From positions 15,247 through 79,246 of the forward strand of contig CAWDOA010000017.1 in NCBI GenBank assembly GCA_963803875.1: a DNA stretch of 64,000 nt, read 5' to 3'. A program made the translations under genes and the position numbers. Positions 1 through 9,559 of the stretch are shown one piece after another; position 1 is the stretch's first letter, and every line of letters begins with the position of its first letter. Under the pieces are notes generated by a model that saw only the letters and a program-made list of their open reading frames with translations, did no database searches and had not been told where the DNA came from. Origin of the DNA: an uncultured Acidimicrobiales bacterium. GTDB taxonomy: Bacteria > Actinomycetota > Acidimicrobiia > Acidimicrobiales > SZUA-35.

Positions 1-1
1 C

Positions 2-229
2 TCGTGGTACGAGCCGCTGACCGATCCCGACGCCATCGCCCGGGCGGTGGGCAAGGTGCTCAGCAACCCACAGCTGTTCCTCAACACCACTAGCGACGCC
101 AGCTTGCTGCCCGAGATCTTGATGAATGCCGACTACTACCCCAACCCCAGCGACGCCGAACTCGACGCCGATGTCGCCACGTTCGGTATGACCCCGCTGT
201 TCGACGACGGCGACCTGGCCACCATCTAG
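2..229 (+). CDS. 5'-truncated CDS, probably the C-terminus of an aldo/keto reductase
   Basis: Open frame from the window edge, SWYEPLTDPDAIARAVGKVLSNPQLFLNTTSD...TAG at 227-229; resembles actinobacterial AKR C-termini. Confidence 0.5.
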   Translation, partial: SWYEPLTDPDAIARAVGKVLSNPQLFLNTTSDASLLPEILMNADYYPNPSDAELDADVATFGMTPLFDDGDLATI

Positions 230-233
230 CGAT

Positions 234-331
234 CGTTGTGCCCGTTCCCCGGGCATTTCCATCGCCAGTTTGCGAAGGCTTGAAACCGGCGTCCGTTGTG
301 CCCGTAGAACGGGCGTTTCCATCGCCAGTTC
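234..331. repeat. Left doublet of 60-bp-period imperfect palindromic (REP-like) repeat
   Basis: Unit = aaaccggcg-tccgttgt-gcccg-N5-cgggc-gtttccat-cgccagttt plus linker gcgaaggcttg. Copy 1 is 5'-degenerate with loop ttccc (245-249); copy 2 is 283-331 with loop tagaa. Confidence 0.95.
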
Positions 332-433
332 TGCTCAGGGTTGTGAGACGGACCTCGACTTGGCACTCTGTCGATCTGGGCCCGAGGCCGCTCGAGCGTG
401 TGCTCCTTCTGAAAGCCAAACAAAGGGGTTCAC

Positions 434-1369
434 ATGTCCAGCCATTCCATGCGCCGATTTGCGGCGGTCGTCGACGCCGCCCGACACAGCAGTGGTTTCA
501 TCACCAGCGACGAACTCGGTCGAATGAGCATTCCTGCTTCCACCGTTTCGCGATGGGTCAATCTGGGGTTGCTCCACCGAATTCAACGAGGTGTCTTTCG
601 AACCCAATCTGGGGCTTTCGGCTTCGAGGAAAGCCTCGACCTCGCCATGAAGATCGGATCGGACCAACAGGTGATCGGTGGCAGAACGGCACTGGAGGTC
701 TGGGGTCTCCCCGGCGGAGTTCGTACCAAGGTGAACCTCGTCGGCCCTCGAGGAACACGAAGCCGATCCATGCACGTCGTGTCGTGGGAGTCCCGAGACC
801 TTCGGCCGGTCGATTCCGTGCGAAAGGGGCGCTTGCGGCTCACCACGCCGTTGAGGTCGGTAATCGATTCTGCGCCATTCTGTTCCGACGAACAGCTGGG
901 TCAACAGCTCACGGCGGCTGTCCAAGCCCGACACTTCACGTACGAGGATCTTCAAATGCGGCTGGCTGAGTTGTCCAAGCGTGGTCGAAGGGGCCCGGCG
1001 CAGGTTCGCAAGATCCTTCGAGCTCGCATCACTCTGGACGAGCGGGCCGTGAATTCGTACGAGAAGATGGCTCTGCGAGTGTTCGGCCGGGGCGACTTCC
1101 CGCCGCCGATCGCCCAGTACCGAATTGATGTCGGCGGGCGCACCTACTTCGTAGATTTCGCATGGCCGCTCTACGGCGTATTCGTAGAGTGCGATTCGAT
1201 GTTGGCACACTCGAGTCCCGAACAGCTCCAGGCTGATCTCGATCGGCAGAACGATCTGGTTGCTGCCGGCTGGACTCCGGTGCGATTCACCTACTGGGAC
1301 GTGAGCGAGCGGCCCGACGACGTGATTCGCCAACTTGGTCGCCATCTTCCGAGGGCCGTCGCAGCCTGA
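434..1369 (+). CDS. AbiEi-type wHTH + DUF559 (Vsr-like PD-(D/E)XK) nuclease-domain protein
   Basis: N-terminal GFITSDELGRMSIPASTVSRWVNLGLLHRIQRGVF; central LTTPLRSVIDSA; C-terminal VDFAWP..VECDS..AH..D..RQN.L...GW..VRFT. Confidence 0.85.
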   Translation: MSSHSMRRFAAVVDAARHSSGFITSDELGRMSIPASTVSRWVNLGLLHRIQRGVFRTQSGAFGFEESLDLAMKIGSDQQVIGGRTALEVWGLPGGVRTKVNLVGPRGTRSRSMHVVSWESRDLRPVDSVRKGRLRLTTPLRSVIDSAPFCSDEQLGQQLTAAVQARHFTYEDLQMRLAELSKRGRRGPAQVRKILRARITLDERAVNSYEKMALRVFGRGDFPPPIAQYRIDVGGRTYFVDFAWPLYGVFVECDSMLAHSSPEQLQADLDRQNDLVAAGWTPVRFTYWDVSERPDDVIRQLGRHLPRAVAA

Positions 1370-1478
1370 AACCGGCGTCCGTTGTGCCCGCAGGTCGGGC
1401 GTTTCCATCGCCAGTTTGCGAAGGCTTGAAACCGGCGTCCGTTGTGCCCGCAGGACGGGCGCTTCCATCGCCAGTTTG
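1367..1478. repeat. Right doublet of the same 60-bp repeat, same orientation as the left doublet
   Basis: Copies at 1369-1417 (loop caggt) and 1429-1477 (loop cagga) with the identical 11-bp linker; the gene's TGA stop overlaps the start of the repeat. Confidence 0.95.
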
Positions 1479-1498
1479 GGCAAGAACGAGGAGGGCTT

Positions 1499-2152
1499 CT
1501 AGCGGTTCGCCGGGGGCAGGAACGTGCGGATCATCGACTCGGCGTGGCGGGTGACCGCCTCGGCGTCGAAGGGAGAGCTGCCGTTCACGGCACTGAACTC
1601 TTCGGCCATCTCGTAGGGGGTGCTGGCCGCTCCGATGAACATGTAGAAGAGGTGGCTCCGATCGGGGACGTCGGCGTCGAGATCGGCGTCGAGATCCGCG
1701 ATCAGTGCATCGAACACTGCGTGGAGAGGGCTGATGTGGGTGTCGATCAGCCACTGAAGTCGGGGCCCTGGGGTCGTATTGGTCAAGAACCGATGAAACT
1801 CAGGGTGTTTGGCGAAGAACACGATTGCCTCGGTCACGAGAATCTCGGCGCGCGCTCGTGGTTGGAGTTTTGCCGAGGTCTCCACGGCGGTTCCGAAAGT
1901 GGCATGGAATTCACCGAAGGCCTTTTCCGCTGCTGCTCGCCACAGGTCGTCCTTGGATCCGAAGTGGAAGTCGACCGCTGCCTGACATACACCTGCTTTG
2001 GTAGCGATGGTGCGGGTGGACGCCGATTCATAACCCTGCGAAGCGAACTCGTGCACACCCGCGGTGATCAGCCGGCTACGGGTTCGCAACGTGCGTTCTT
2101 CGGGATGAACACGCTGAGTGCTCGATCCGCCGCTACGGGAAGCAGGGGCCAT
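1499..2152 (-). CDS. TetR/AcrR family transcriptional regulator
   Basis: HTH LITAGVHEFASQGYESASTRTIATKAGVCQAAVDFHFGSKDDLW; TAGGTT 6 nt before the ATG (leaderless). Confidence 0.92.
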   Translation of the reverse strand: MAPASRSGGSSTQRVHPEERTLRTRSRLITAGVHEFASQGYESASTRTIATKAGVCQAAVDFHFGSKDDLWRAAAEKAFGEFHATFGTAVETSAKLQPRARAEILVTEAIVFFAKHPEFHRFLTNTTPGPRLQWLIDTHISPLHAVFDALIADLDADLDADVPDRSHLFYMFIGAASTPYEMAEEFSAVNGSSPFDAEAVTRHAESMIRTFLPPANR

Positions 2153-2193
2153 GGGACGAACCTACTTGGGTTCCGGTGTCATACCAAGATGGA

Positions 2194-2215
2194 AACGTTG
2201 CACCAACGTTGCAAC
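2194..2215. promoter_or_regulatory. Candidate TetR operator
   Basis: aacgttgca twice at an 11-bp period, and gttgca-N7-tgcaac dyad, in the divergent TetR/ligase intergenic region. Confidence 0.4.
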
Positions 2216-2344
2216 TTCGAGACGCGCCGGCAGTTACTCATTGGTAGTTTGCAGCCACCTTGATAACCTCCAAATCGAGGTGGAGACCGTGTGACCAGGG
2301 TCATAGGCTTCACCTACCACCTGACCGAAGAAGGATTCACCGTC

Positions 2345-4138
2345 ATGGCCTTTGAAACAATCTGCCACCGTCTCCACGATCGAGCCTCAACAAGCGGTAG
2401 CGCCGTCGCCTACCGCGACAAGATCACTGGATCGTGGCGCGAAACCACCTGGGCCGAGTACGACGTTCTCGTCGGACGGTGCACCAAAGCGCTCATGAAG
2501 ATGGGGGTCGGCGACGGCGACGTTGTCTCGATCTTGGGAAACAATCGCCCCGAGTGGAGCATCATGTTGCTCGGTGCCATGGGGGTGGGTGGTACCGGTG
2601 CGGGCATCTACGCCTCCAACGCTCCCGAGGAGGTGTCCTACATCGTGAACCACAGCGAGTCCAAGGTCATCATTGTGGAAGACTCCGCCCAATTCGAGAA
2701 GGTCCTTGCCGAGTGGAACAACACACCCACGCTCGCCCATGTCGTGATGATGGAGGGTGCTGAAACCCCCAGCGATAGCCGGGTGATGAGCTGGGAGGAC
2801 TTCCTCGTCAGCGGCGACGACATCGATGATTCCGTGGTTGCTGAGGCCAGAAATGCACTCCGAGCAGATCAGGCCGGTTCCTTCATCTACACCAGCGGAA
2901 CCACCGGACCACCCAAAGCGGTGATGCTGACCAACGAGAACCTTGCCTGGACTGCGGAGATGCTGTCGAACGCAGCAGACATCAAGGCCGGCGACGAGAT
3001 TCTCAGCTACCTCCCGCTATCCCACATCGCTGAGCAGCTGAACAGCATTCACATCGCCATCACGGTTGGTTCGGTCGTGAACTTCTGCCACGAGGGACTC
3101 AAGGTCGCCGACTACCTCAAAGAGGTTCGTCCGATGGTCTTCTTCGGAGTTCCTCGCGTGTGGGAGCGGTTCTATGCCGGTGTCGGCGCAAGGATGCAAG
3201 AAGCTGAAGGGGTGAAGGCCAAGATCGCCGACTGGGCCCGCGGCGTCGGGACCAAGGCCACAGCCGAGCGCAACGCCGGCGGCTCTCCCGGGGGCCTGCT
3301 CGGCATACAAGAACAGGTCGCCGACAAGCTGGTGTTCTCCAAGCTACGGGAGGCACTCGGCCTGGACCGATGCAGGATCTTCATCTCCGGTGCGGCGCCG
3401 GCTTCCCTGGAGATCCTCGAGTTCATGGGCTCGCTGGGTATCTCCATCTGCGAAATCTACGGGCAGTCCGAAGGTAGTGGTCCCACCACTTCGAACCTGC
3501 CGGGTGCTGTGAAGTTCGGTACGGTAGGCAAGCCTCTCCCGGGGGTCGAAGTCAAACTCGGCCCTGACGACGAAATCATCTTCCGCGGCAAGAACGTCTT
3601 TGCCGGCTACTCCAAGGATCAGGAAGCAACCGACGAATGCCTGATCGACGGCTGGTTGCATTCGGGAGATCTCGGCAGCTTCGACAGCGATGGGTACCTC
3701 ACGATCACCGGTCGCAAGAAGGACATCATCATCACCTCCGGCGGAAAGAACATCGCACCCAAGAACATAGAGGGTGCGCTCACCGCGCTCGAACTCGTCG
3801 GACATGCCGTGTGTATCGGCGAACAGCAGCGATATCTCACCGCACTGATCACCCTGGAGCCCGAAGCGGCCAAGCGTTTCGCCGAAGCTCACGGAGAAGA
3901 CCTCGCCTCGCTCCATGCCAGCGATGCCTTGCGTGGCCATCTCGAAAAAGAGATCGCCGACAGGGTGAACAATCAGTTCGCCCGAGTCGAACACGTGCGG
4001 AACTTCAGAGTGTTGGCTCAGGAGTTCACCGTCGAAACCGGTGAGCTCACTCCCACGTTCAAGATCAAGCGCAATGTCGTCAACGAGATGTACGCCGGCG
4101 AGATCGAAAAGGTGTACGAGTTGGGCCAAGCCATCTAG
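2345..4138 (+). CDS. Long-chain fatty acid-CoA ligase (AMP-binding)
   Basis: YTSGTTGPPKAV, YGQSEG, GWLHSGDLG, ITGRKKD, GELTPTFKIKR motifs; start placed at ATG 2345 after gaagga. Confidence 0.93.
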   Translation: MAFETICHRLHDRASTSGSAVAYRDKITGSWRETTWAEYDVLVGRCTKALMKMGVGDGDVVSILGNNRPEWSIMLLGAMGVGGTGAGIYASNAPEEVSYIVNHSESKVIIVEDSAQFEKVLAEWNNTPTLAHVVMMEGAETPSDSRVMSWEDFLVSGDDIDDSVVAEARNALRADQAGSFIYTSGTTGPPKAVMLTNENLAWTAEMLSNAADIKAGDEILSYLPLSHIAEQLNSIHIAITVGSVVNFCHEGLKVADYLKEVRPMVFFGVPRVWERFYAGVGARMQEAEGVKAKIADWARGVGTKATAERNAGGSPGGLLGIQEQVADKLVFSKLREALGLDRCRIFISGAAPASLEILEFMGSLGISICEIYGQSEGSGPTTSNLPGAVKFGTVGKPLPGVEVKLGPDDEIIFRGKNVFAGYSKDQEATDECLIDGWLHSGDLGSFDSDGYLTITGRKKDIIITSGGKNIAPKNIEGALTALELVGHAVCIGEQQRYLTALITLEPEAAKRFAEAHGEDLASLHASDALRGHLEKEIADRVNNQFARVEHVRNFRVLAQEFTVETGELTPTFKIKRNVVNEMYAGEIEKVYELGQAI

Positions 4139-4208
4139 CACAACGCTATCCAGGGTCGCCAGGCGGCCCGGTTCCGCCCTGTCCGGTCCTCAGCGATAGC
4201 GTCGCGCT

Positions 4209-4742
4209 GTGGATGAAGAGGTTGAGTACGAACGAGGCCGCCCCGGCACGGGCTGCGCGCTGGTCATCGGGGTCAATGCGGTGCTGGCGGTGGTGGTTGT
4301 GCTGGTTTTCTGGCTGATCGGAGCGACCCTGGACCAGACCCGCTCAGGGGTGCTCATCGAGAACGGCAGCATCAGTGTCGTGTCGGCGGTGTGTCCCGGT
4401 GAACGCCTGGAAGCTGTGCGCCTGTACCGGATCGGCGGCACCGACGAGCAGCCCGAACAGCAGATCATCTGGGAGATCGAAGGTGAAGGTGCGTTTCCCG
4501 AGCAGTTCGAAATCGGCGCCGAGTTGCCAGGGTTGCGCACCGTCGTGCCGCTGTTCGAAACGATCGGCGACTCAGATGAACTGGTTTTCAGGTTGCGCAG
4601 CAATCAGCTACAGAGTGTTGATGCATTCGGGTTTGTACCTGGTGAGGTAGGGGCCGGACAGGTGGCATCGGTTCCGGCCTTCACCGATCGATCCGAAGAC
4701 CAGTTTCGAGCGCGGGCGCTCGAAGCCACGCCGTGTGAGTAG
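4209..4742 (+). CDS. Hypothetical membrane-anchored protein
   Basis: One N-terminal TM helix; TAGCGT 6 nt before the GTG start; fills the gap between neighbours. Confidence 0.7.
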   Translation: MDEEVEYERGRPGTGCALVIGVNAVLAVVVVLVFWLIGATLDQTRSGVLIENGSISVVSAVCPGERLEAVRLYRIGGTDEQPEQQIIWEIEGEGAFPEQFEIGAELPGLRTVVPLFETIGDSDELVFRLRSNQLQSVDAFGFVPGEVGAGQVASVPAFTDRSEDQFRARALEATPCE

Positions 4743-4751
4743 CCGGGTCGA

Positions 4752-5744
4752 TCAGACCTCGATGACGATCTTTCCCCTGGCTCGTCGTTCCATCAGTTCG
4801 GTGATGGCGGCGGGAGCTTCATCCAGTGAATAACGGCTGGAGATGAAGGGTTTGATCTTGCCGTTGGCGTACAGGTCGAACAGTTCGGCCACGTTCTGCT
4901 GGTGGCCGGCCGGATCTACCATGGTCGACGCTCCCCAGAACACACCGACCACCTGGCAGTTCTTCAACAGGGTCAGGTTCAGCGGAAGCTTGGGAATGCC
5001 GGCCGGGAATCCAATGACGAGGAATCGGCCCTCCCAGTTCATGGCCCGAACCGACGGTTCGGCGTAGTCCCCACCGACAGCGTCGTAGATGATGTCGACG
5101 CCGCCCCCACCGGCCGACTTGATCTGGTTCGACAATGCCTTTTGCTGGTCTCGATCGAGTGGCTGACGCGGATACACGATGCCGGACTCGGCGCCGTGCT
5201 CGAGACAAAGATCAACCTTGTCCTGGGTCGAGCAGCCGGCGATCACCTTCAGCCCCATCGCCCGACCCAATTGAACCGCAGCGAGACCTACCCCGCCGGC
5301 CGCTCCCAGAACGAAGAGCGATTCGCCGTCTTGTGCGTGGGCACGGTTCTTCAGTGCGTAGTAGCTGGTGGCGTAGGTGAGCAGCAGGCATGCGGCGTCG
5401 TCGAAGGGCATATCGTCGGGGATCGGGGTGCACGATGCTGCGTCGATTTCGATCTCTTCGACCATCGCTCCGTGTCCTGGCACAGCGAGCACCCGGTCAC
5501 CCACAGCCAGGTTGGTCACCCCTTCGCCAAGCTCAGAGACAATGCCGGCGAGCTCACCGCCGGGAGCGAACGGGCGGGTGGGCTTCAGCTGGTACAGATC
5601 CTGAATGATCAGGGAGTCGGGGAAGTTGACCCCGATCGCCTTGACGTCGATGACAACCTTCCCCGGACCCGCGGTCGGCGAAGCAACCTCCTCGATCGAG
5701 AGGGTCTCAGGACCACCGGGCTGATGCGACAGGACTGCTTTCAT
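4752..5744 (-). CDS. NADPH:quinone oxidoreductase (MDR family)
   Basis: GVNFPD, PGGELAG, VLGAAGGVGLAAVQ, RARGKIVI. Confidence 0.93.
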   Translation of the reverse strand: MKAVLSHQPGGPETLSIEEVASPTAGPGKVVIDVKAIGVNFPDSLIIQDLYQLKPTRPFAPGGELAGIVSELGEGVTNLAVGDRVLAVPGHGAMVEEIEIDAASCTPIPDDMPFDDAACLLLTYATSYYALKNRAHAQDGESLFVLGAAGGVGLAAVQLGRAMGLKVIAGCSTQDKVDLCLEHGAESGIVYPRQPLDRDQQKALSNQIKSAGGGGVDIIYDAVGGDYAEPSVRAMNWEGRFLVIGFPAGIPKLPLNLTLLKNCQVVGVFWGASTMVDPAGHQQNVAELFDLYANGKIKPFISSRYSLDEAPAAITELMERRARGKIVIEV

Positions 5745-5784
5745 ACTGGGAGGCTACTTGCCGCCCAAAGGCGCATCGAAATTG

Positions 5785-7233
5785 TTAGAGCGAGGCTGTC
5801 AACACCGGAAGGTTGCCCCGTACCGACACCTCGCGCGACACACAGTCGGAGCCGATCAGCGTGGACATCGTGTCAGGGTCGGCGCTGGTGGCCCAGGCGC
5901 GGGCTCCCGACGTGTCGGCGACAGCCATCATGGCTTTGACCGGCTCGCCGTCTCGTCCGTATCCCACGGTGTAGGCGTCGATGGTTGCTGTGCCGGGGGT
6001 CTGTGCCATCAACGGCCGGACCGGTTCAGCGTCGATTGAATCCTGAGGTCGCTCGTACCGAAACGAGGACGGGGGAGTCTCGCTTCCCACCACACAGAAG
6101 GAGTGTTTGCTGAACCACCCGCCGTTGCCTGTGAGAAACGCGGTCCTCGGCTCGACCCGCAACTCCTCGACCGCTTGGGCGAGCGCATGGAGGCAGTAGC
6201 TGTTGAACGGGCCGCCGGCGAACGTCATCCCGCCGGTGATCGTGAACTCCCGGGCTGGATCGATGCCCAACTCGTGCTGGGCGGTCTGCACCGCCGACGG
6301 GAAACAGCTGTAGAGATCGATCAAGCGCACCTCGTCGAGAGAAACGCCGGCCAGCTGCATTGCATGGGCGCCAGCGATCCGCATCGAGGGACTGCCGGCG
6401 AAGGAGTTTCGTGTTCGGGCCAGCAGAGGGTCGTGCCCACCGCTTCCAGCCAGCGGAAAGATCCATGAGCCGGGATCAACACCGGCTGACCGAGCGGCGT
6501 GGGCGGTACAGAGAACAACGGCGGCTGCCTGGTCCACGTTGATGTTGCTCGTCATCAGTTTGGGAAATGGATCGGCAATCATTCGATTCTGATCGGTTGC
6601 GGTTGCGATCTCGTCCGCAGATGCTGCTGCGGTTGTCCATGCGTTCGGGTTCCTGCTGGCAACGGTGCTCGCTCTCGCCCAGAGTTCAGCCGTCGCCGAC
6701 AGGTACTCGCTCGGTGTGAGCCCCGATCGGTGACGGACGGCGCTGGCGGCCATGGCGTAGAAGTTCACAGCCTCCAGACCCCAGGTTTTCCAGTCGGCGT
6801 CCTCCCAGTATTCGGTGTCGGTCCCGAACTCGAAATCGGGGATAGCTCCCTCAGCCTCGGAGAGATACGGCGATGTGCGACCCGCTCGCTTGTCTCGACG
6901 GCGGGTTCTCATCGTCTCGGCAGAACAGATGAGAACGGTATCGACCGTGCCGCGAAGCAGATCCGATGCCGTTTGATTCACCAGGTCGAACACCTCGTTG
7001 CCGCCCATCTGGGTGAGTCCGGTGGCCGCAGGGGACAACCCCAACCGCTCGGCCACCAGGGTTCCGGGGTCGGAGTATGGCCACACCCCGTTGACGACGC
7101 GAACCTGGTCGATGGCCAGCGTGGACGGCAAGGCTCGCTGCGCGACCTCGGCCATCATGGCGATCGGTTCGTTGTCGCCACCTCCTCCGTTGAGCTGGGC
7201 CGCTCCGACGATGACCGGGGTGCGAGGATCCAT
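5785..7233 (-). CDS. Acetyl-CoA acetyltransferase / thiolase-like protein
   Basis: MDPRTPVIVG, NINVDQAAAV, DLYSCFPSAV, TITGGMTFAGGPFNSY; TAGGAT 7 nt before ATG 7233. Confidence 0.85.
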   Translation of the reverse strand: MDPRTPVIVGAAQLNGGGGDNEPIAMMAEVAQRALPSTLAIDQVRVVNGVWPYSDPGTLVAERLGLSPAATGLTQMGGNEVFDLVNQTASDLLRGTVDTVLICSAETMRTRRRDKRAGRTSPYLSEAEGAIPDFEFGTDTEYWEDADWKTWGLEAVNFYAMAASAVRHRSGLTPSEYLSATAELWARASTVASRNPNAWTTAAASADEIATATDQNRMIADPFPKLMTSNINVDQAAAVVLCTAHAARSAGVDPGSWIFPLAGSGGHDPLLARTRNSFAGSPSMRIAGAHAMQLAGVSLDEVRLIDLYSCFPSAVQTAQHELGIDPAREFTITGGMTFAGGPFNSYCLHALAQAVEELRVEPRTAFLTGNGGWFSKHSFCVVGSETPPSSFRYERPQDSIDAEPVRPLMAQTPGTATIDAYTVGYGRDGEPVKAMMAVADTSGARAWATSADPDTMSTLIGSDCVSREVSVRGNLPVLTASL

Positions 7234-7293
7234 TGCGTTCATCCTATGGCTGGTGGGCAGATGGTCTCGAACAGCCGACCGGTGCGCTTGCAA

Positions 7294-7316
7294 ACCTAAC
7301 AAACGTTAGGTAGGGT
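7294..7316. promoter_or_regulatory. Perfect palindromic operator ACCTAAC-N4-GTTAGGT abutting the -10 (TAGGGT) of the TetR gene
   Basis: 7294-7300 and 7305-7311 are exact reverse complements; TAGGGT 7311-7316 lies 6 nt before GTG 7323. Confidence 0.75.
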
Positions 7317-7322
7317 AGCCCT

Positions 7323-7931
7323 GTGGTATCCGAGCGCGAGCCAAAGGCAGCACCGAGGCGACGGCTTCTCGATGCCGCGGCCGAGCTCTTTTCCACCAAG
7401 GGATACGCCGAGACATCCCTCCGTGACATCGCCGGAGCAGTGGGGATCAAAGCCGGTTCGGTCTACTACCACTTCAGGTCCAAGGACGAGTTGTATACCG
7501 AGGTGCTCGATGCAGGTATGGACCTGATGATCGATGGTTTCACCGAGGTGGCATCCGGCCTCGATCCGACGTCACCCGAACCTCGCAGCCGGCTTCGGTC
7601 CCACGTATTCGGACATCTCGACGTGCTTCACTCGAACCTGGCCTACACATCGCTGCATGTCACCACATTCCGAACCGCACCGCAGCCGGTTCGGTCTGTT
7701 GTGGTGCTCCGCCGTGATGCGTACGAGGCGATGTGGACCGGGTTGTTGTCCGATTCACTTCCCGAAACGCCTGCCGCCGAGATCACCATTCTTCGGTTGG
7801 CCCTTTTCGGGGCTATGAATTCATCCATCGATTGGTTCGATGCCGATCAAGGCAGTCTGAAGGAGTTCGCCGACGTGATTACAGATGCATTCTGGGCTGG
7901 AGCGACCGAGCGGGTTGAAAGGGCAGCCTGA
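7323..7931 (+). CDS. TetR family regulator heading the acyl-CoA carboxylase operon
   Basis: LLDAAAELFSTKGYAETSLRDIAGAVGIKAGSVYYHFRSKDELY. Confidence 0.93.
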   Translation: MVSEREPKAAPRRRLLDAAAELFSTKGYAETSLRDIAGAVGIKAGSVYYHFRSKDELYTEVLDAGMDLMIDGFTEVASGLDPTSPEPRSRLRSHVFGHLDVLHSNLAYTSLHVTTFRTAPQPVRSVVVLRRDAYEAMWTGLLSDSLPETPAAEITILRLALFGAMNSSIDWFDADQGSLKEFADVITDAFWAGATERVERAA

Positions 7932-9554
7932 TGCGACCAATTCGCTCCAAGATCGACACCGGCTCGGCCGACTTCGCTGCCAACGCCGACGCCTATCAGA
8001 GATCTCGTGGCCACACTGCACGAGCGGATGCAGTGGGCCATCGATGGTGGCAAGGGCCGCGAGCGCAGCATCGAACGGCACCTCGGGCGCGGCAAGATCA
8101 TGGTTCGGGACCGCATCGACCTCGTGATCGACGACGAAACCCCATTCCTGGAGTTCTCCACACTTTCCGGCTACGGCCAGTACGACAACACCGCTCCCGG
8201 GGCTGGAATCGTCACCGGTATCGGCGTGGTGCACGGCATGCCGTATGTGTTCATCGCCAACGACGCAACGGTGAAAGGCGGATCGCTCACTCCGATCGCC
8301 ATCAAGAAGCACGTTCGGGCACAACAAATCGCAGACGAGAACGACCTCGGAGTGATCTACCTGGTCGATTCGGGAGGTGCGTTCCTGCCGCTGCAAGACG
8401 AAATCTTCCCGGACAAGGATCACTTCGGCGGTTCGTTCTACCGCCAGGCTCGCCTTTCGGCCCGCGGCCTGCCCCAGGTCTCGGTAGTTCTGGGCGGATG
8501 CACCGCAGGAGGGGCGTACGTTCCCGCACTGTCAGACGAGGTGATCATGGTCGAAGGGATAGGCCGGATCTTCCTGGGCGGACCACCGATCGTGAAGGCG
8601 GCATTGGGTGAGGTGATCGATCCCGACGACCTCGGCGGCGCAGAACTTCACACCCAGGTCAGTGGCGTGAGTGACTACATGGCCACCGACGAACACGAGG
8701 CCTACGGACGGCTCCGAGAGATCTGCCAGACAACAAACCAGCGTTCGATCGGCGACCGCCAGGGATGGATCGACTGGGTCGAGCCGAAACAACCGCTCTA
8801 CCCGCCCGAGGAGATCTACGGCATCATCAGCGCTGATGACCGAATCCCGTGGGACAGCACCGAGGTCATAGCCAGGCTGGTGGATGGATCCGAATTCTCA
8901 CCATTCAAGCCCGAGTGGGGCACGTCCATCGTCACCGGATTCGCCCGTGTCTGGGGCCATTTGGTGGGTGTGATCGCCAACAACGGCATCATCTTCTCCG
9001 AGTCGGCTCTGAAAGCCACACATTTCATCGAGCTGTGTGAGCAACGGAGAATCCCACTTGTCTTTCTTCAGAACACGACCGGATACATGGTGGGGCGAGA
9101 CTCCGAAATGGCCGGTATCGCCAAGCATGGTGCGAAGATGGTCGCTGCGGTTGCCAATGCCACGGTGCCCAAATACACCGTGCTGATCGGCGGCTCTTAC
9201 GGAGCTGGCAACTACGGCATGTGCGGTAGGGGCTTCGAACCAAGGTTCTTGTTCGCATGGCCCAACTCGCGAATTGCGACGATGGCTCCGAACACGGCCG
9301 AGACGGTCCTCAGCGACATACGCCTCGCCGGGCTCAAGGGAGCGGAGACAACCGAGGAGGAAATCGCCGAGATCAAGGCCGAGATTCGGGGCCAGTTCGA
9401 GACCCAATCCGATCCCTATCACGCCACCTCCCGGTTGTGGGACGACGGGTTGATCGATCCGATTCACACCCGAGACGCACTGGGACTGTGCCTTGCGCTC
9501 GCTGCTCGTCAGAACGAACCCGCCGCCGGCCCCGGCCTCGTCTATCGGATGTAA
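7931..9554 (+). CDS. Acyl-CoA carboxylase carboxyltransferase subunit (MCC/geranyl-CoA carboxylase beta type); +1 frameshift near 7999
   Basis: MRPIRSKIDT start joins the 8007 frame (ANDATVKGG, VDSGGAFLPLQ, GGSYGAGNYGMCGR, LWDDGLIDP) if one base is removed. Confidence 0.9.
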
Positions 9555-9559
9555 CCGCT

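Noticed and set aside
434-1369. Type IV toxin-antitoxin (AbiE) operon
   Set aside because: No adjacent AbiEii nucleotidyltransferase toxin gene; the neighbours are an AKR-like gene and a TetR gene.
234-1478. 60-bp repeats as a CRISPR array
   Set aside because: Only two units per side, identical linkers, a variable part of just 5 nt, and no cas genes in the window.
335-1483. Long antisense and overlapping ORFs (e.g. 335..1483, 14626..15891, 38416..39936, 45027..46226)
   Set aside because: Shadow ORFs typical of high-GC DNA opposite well-supported genes; no recognisable motifs.
4143-4202. Hairpin acgctatc...gatagcgt with inner ggcgg/ccgcc as an ncRNA or intrinsic terminator
   Set aside because: Short stems, no U-tract, and the right arm doubles as the -10 of the next gene; insufficient support.
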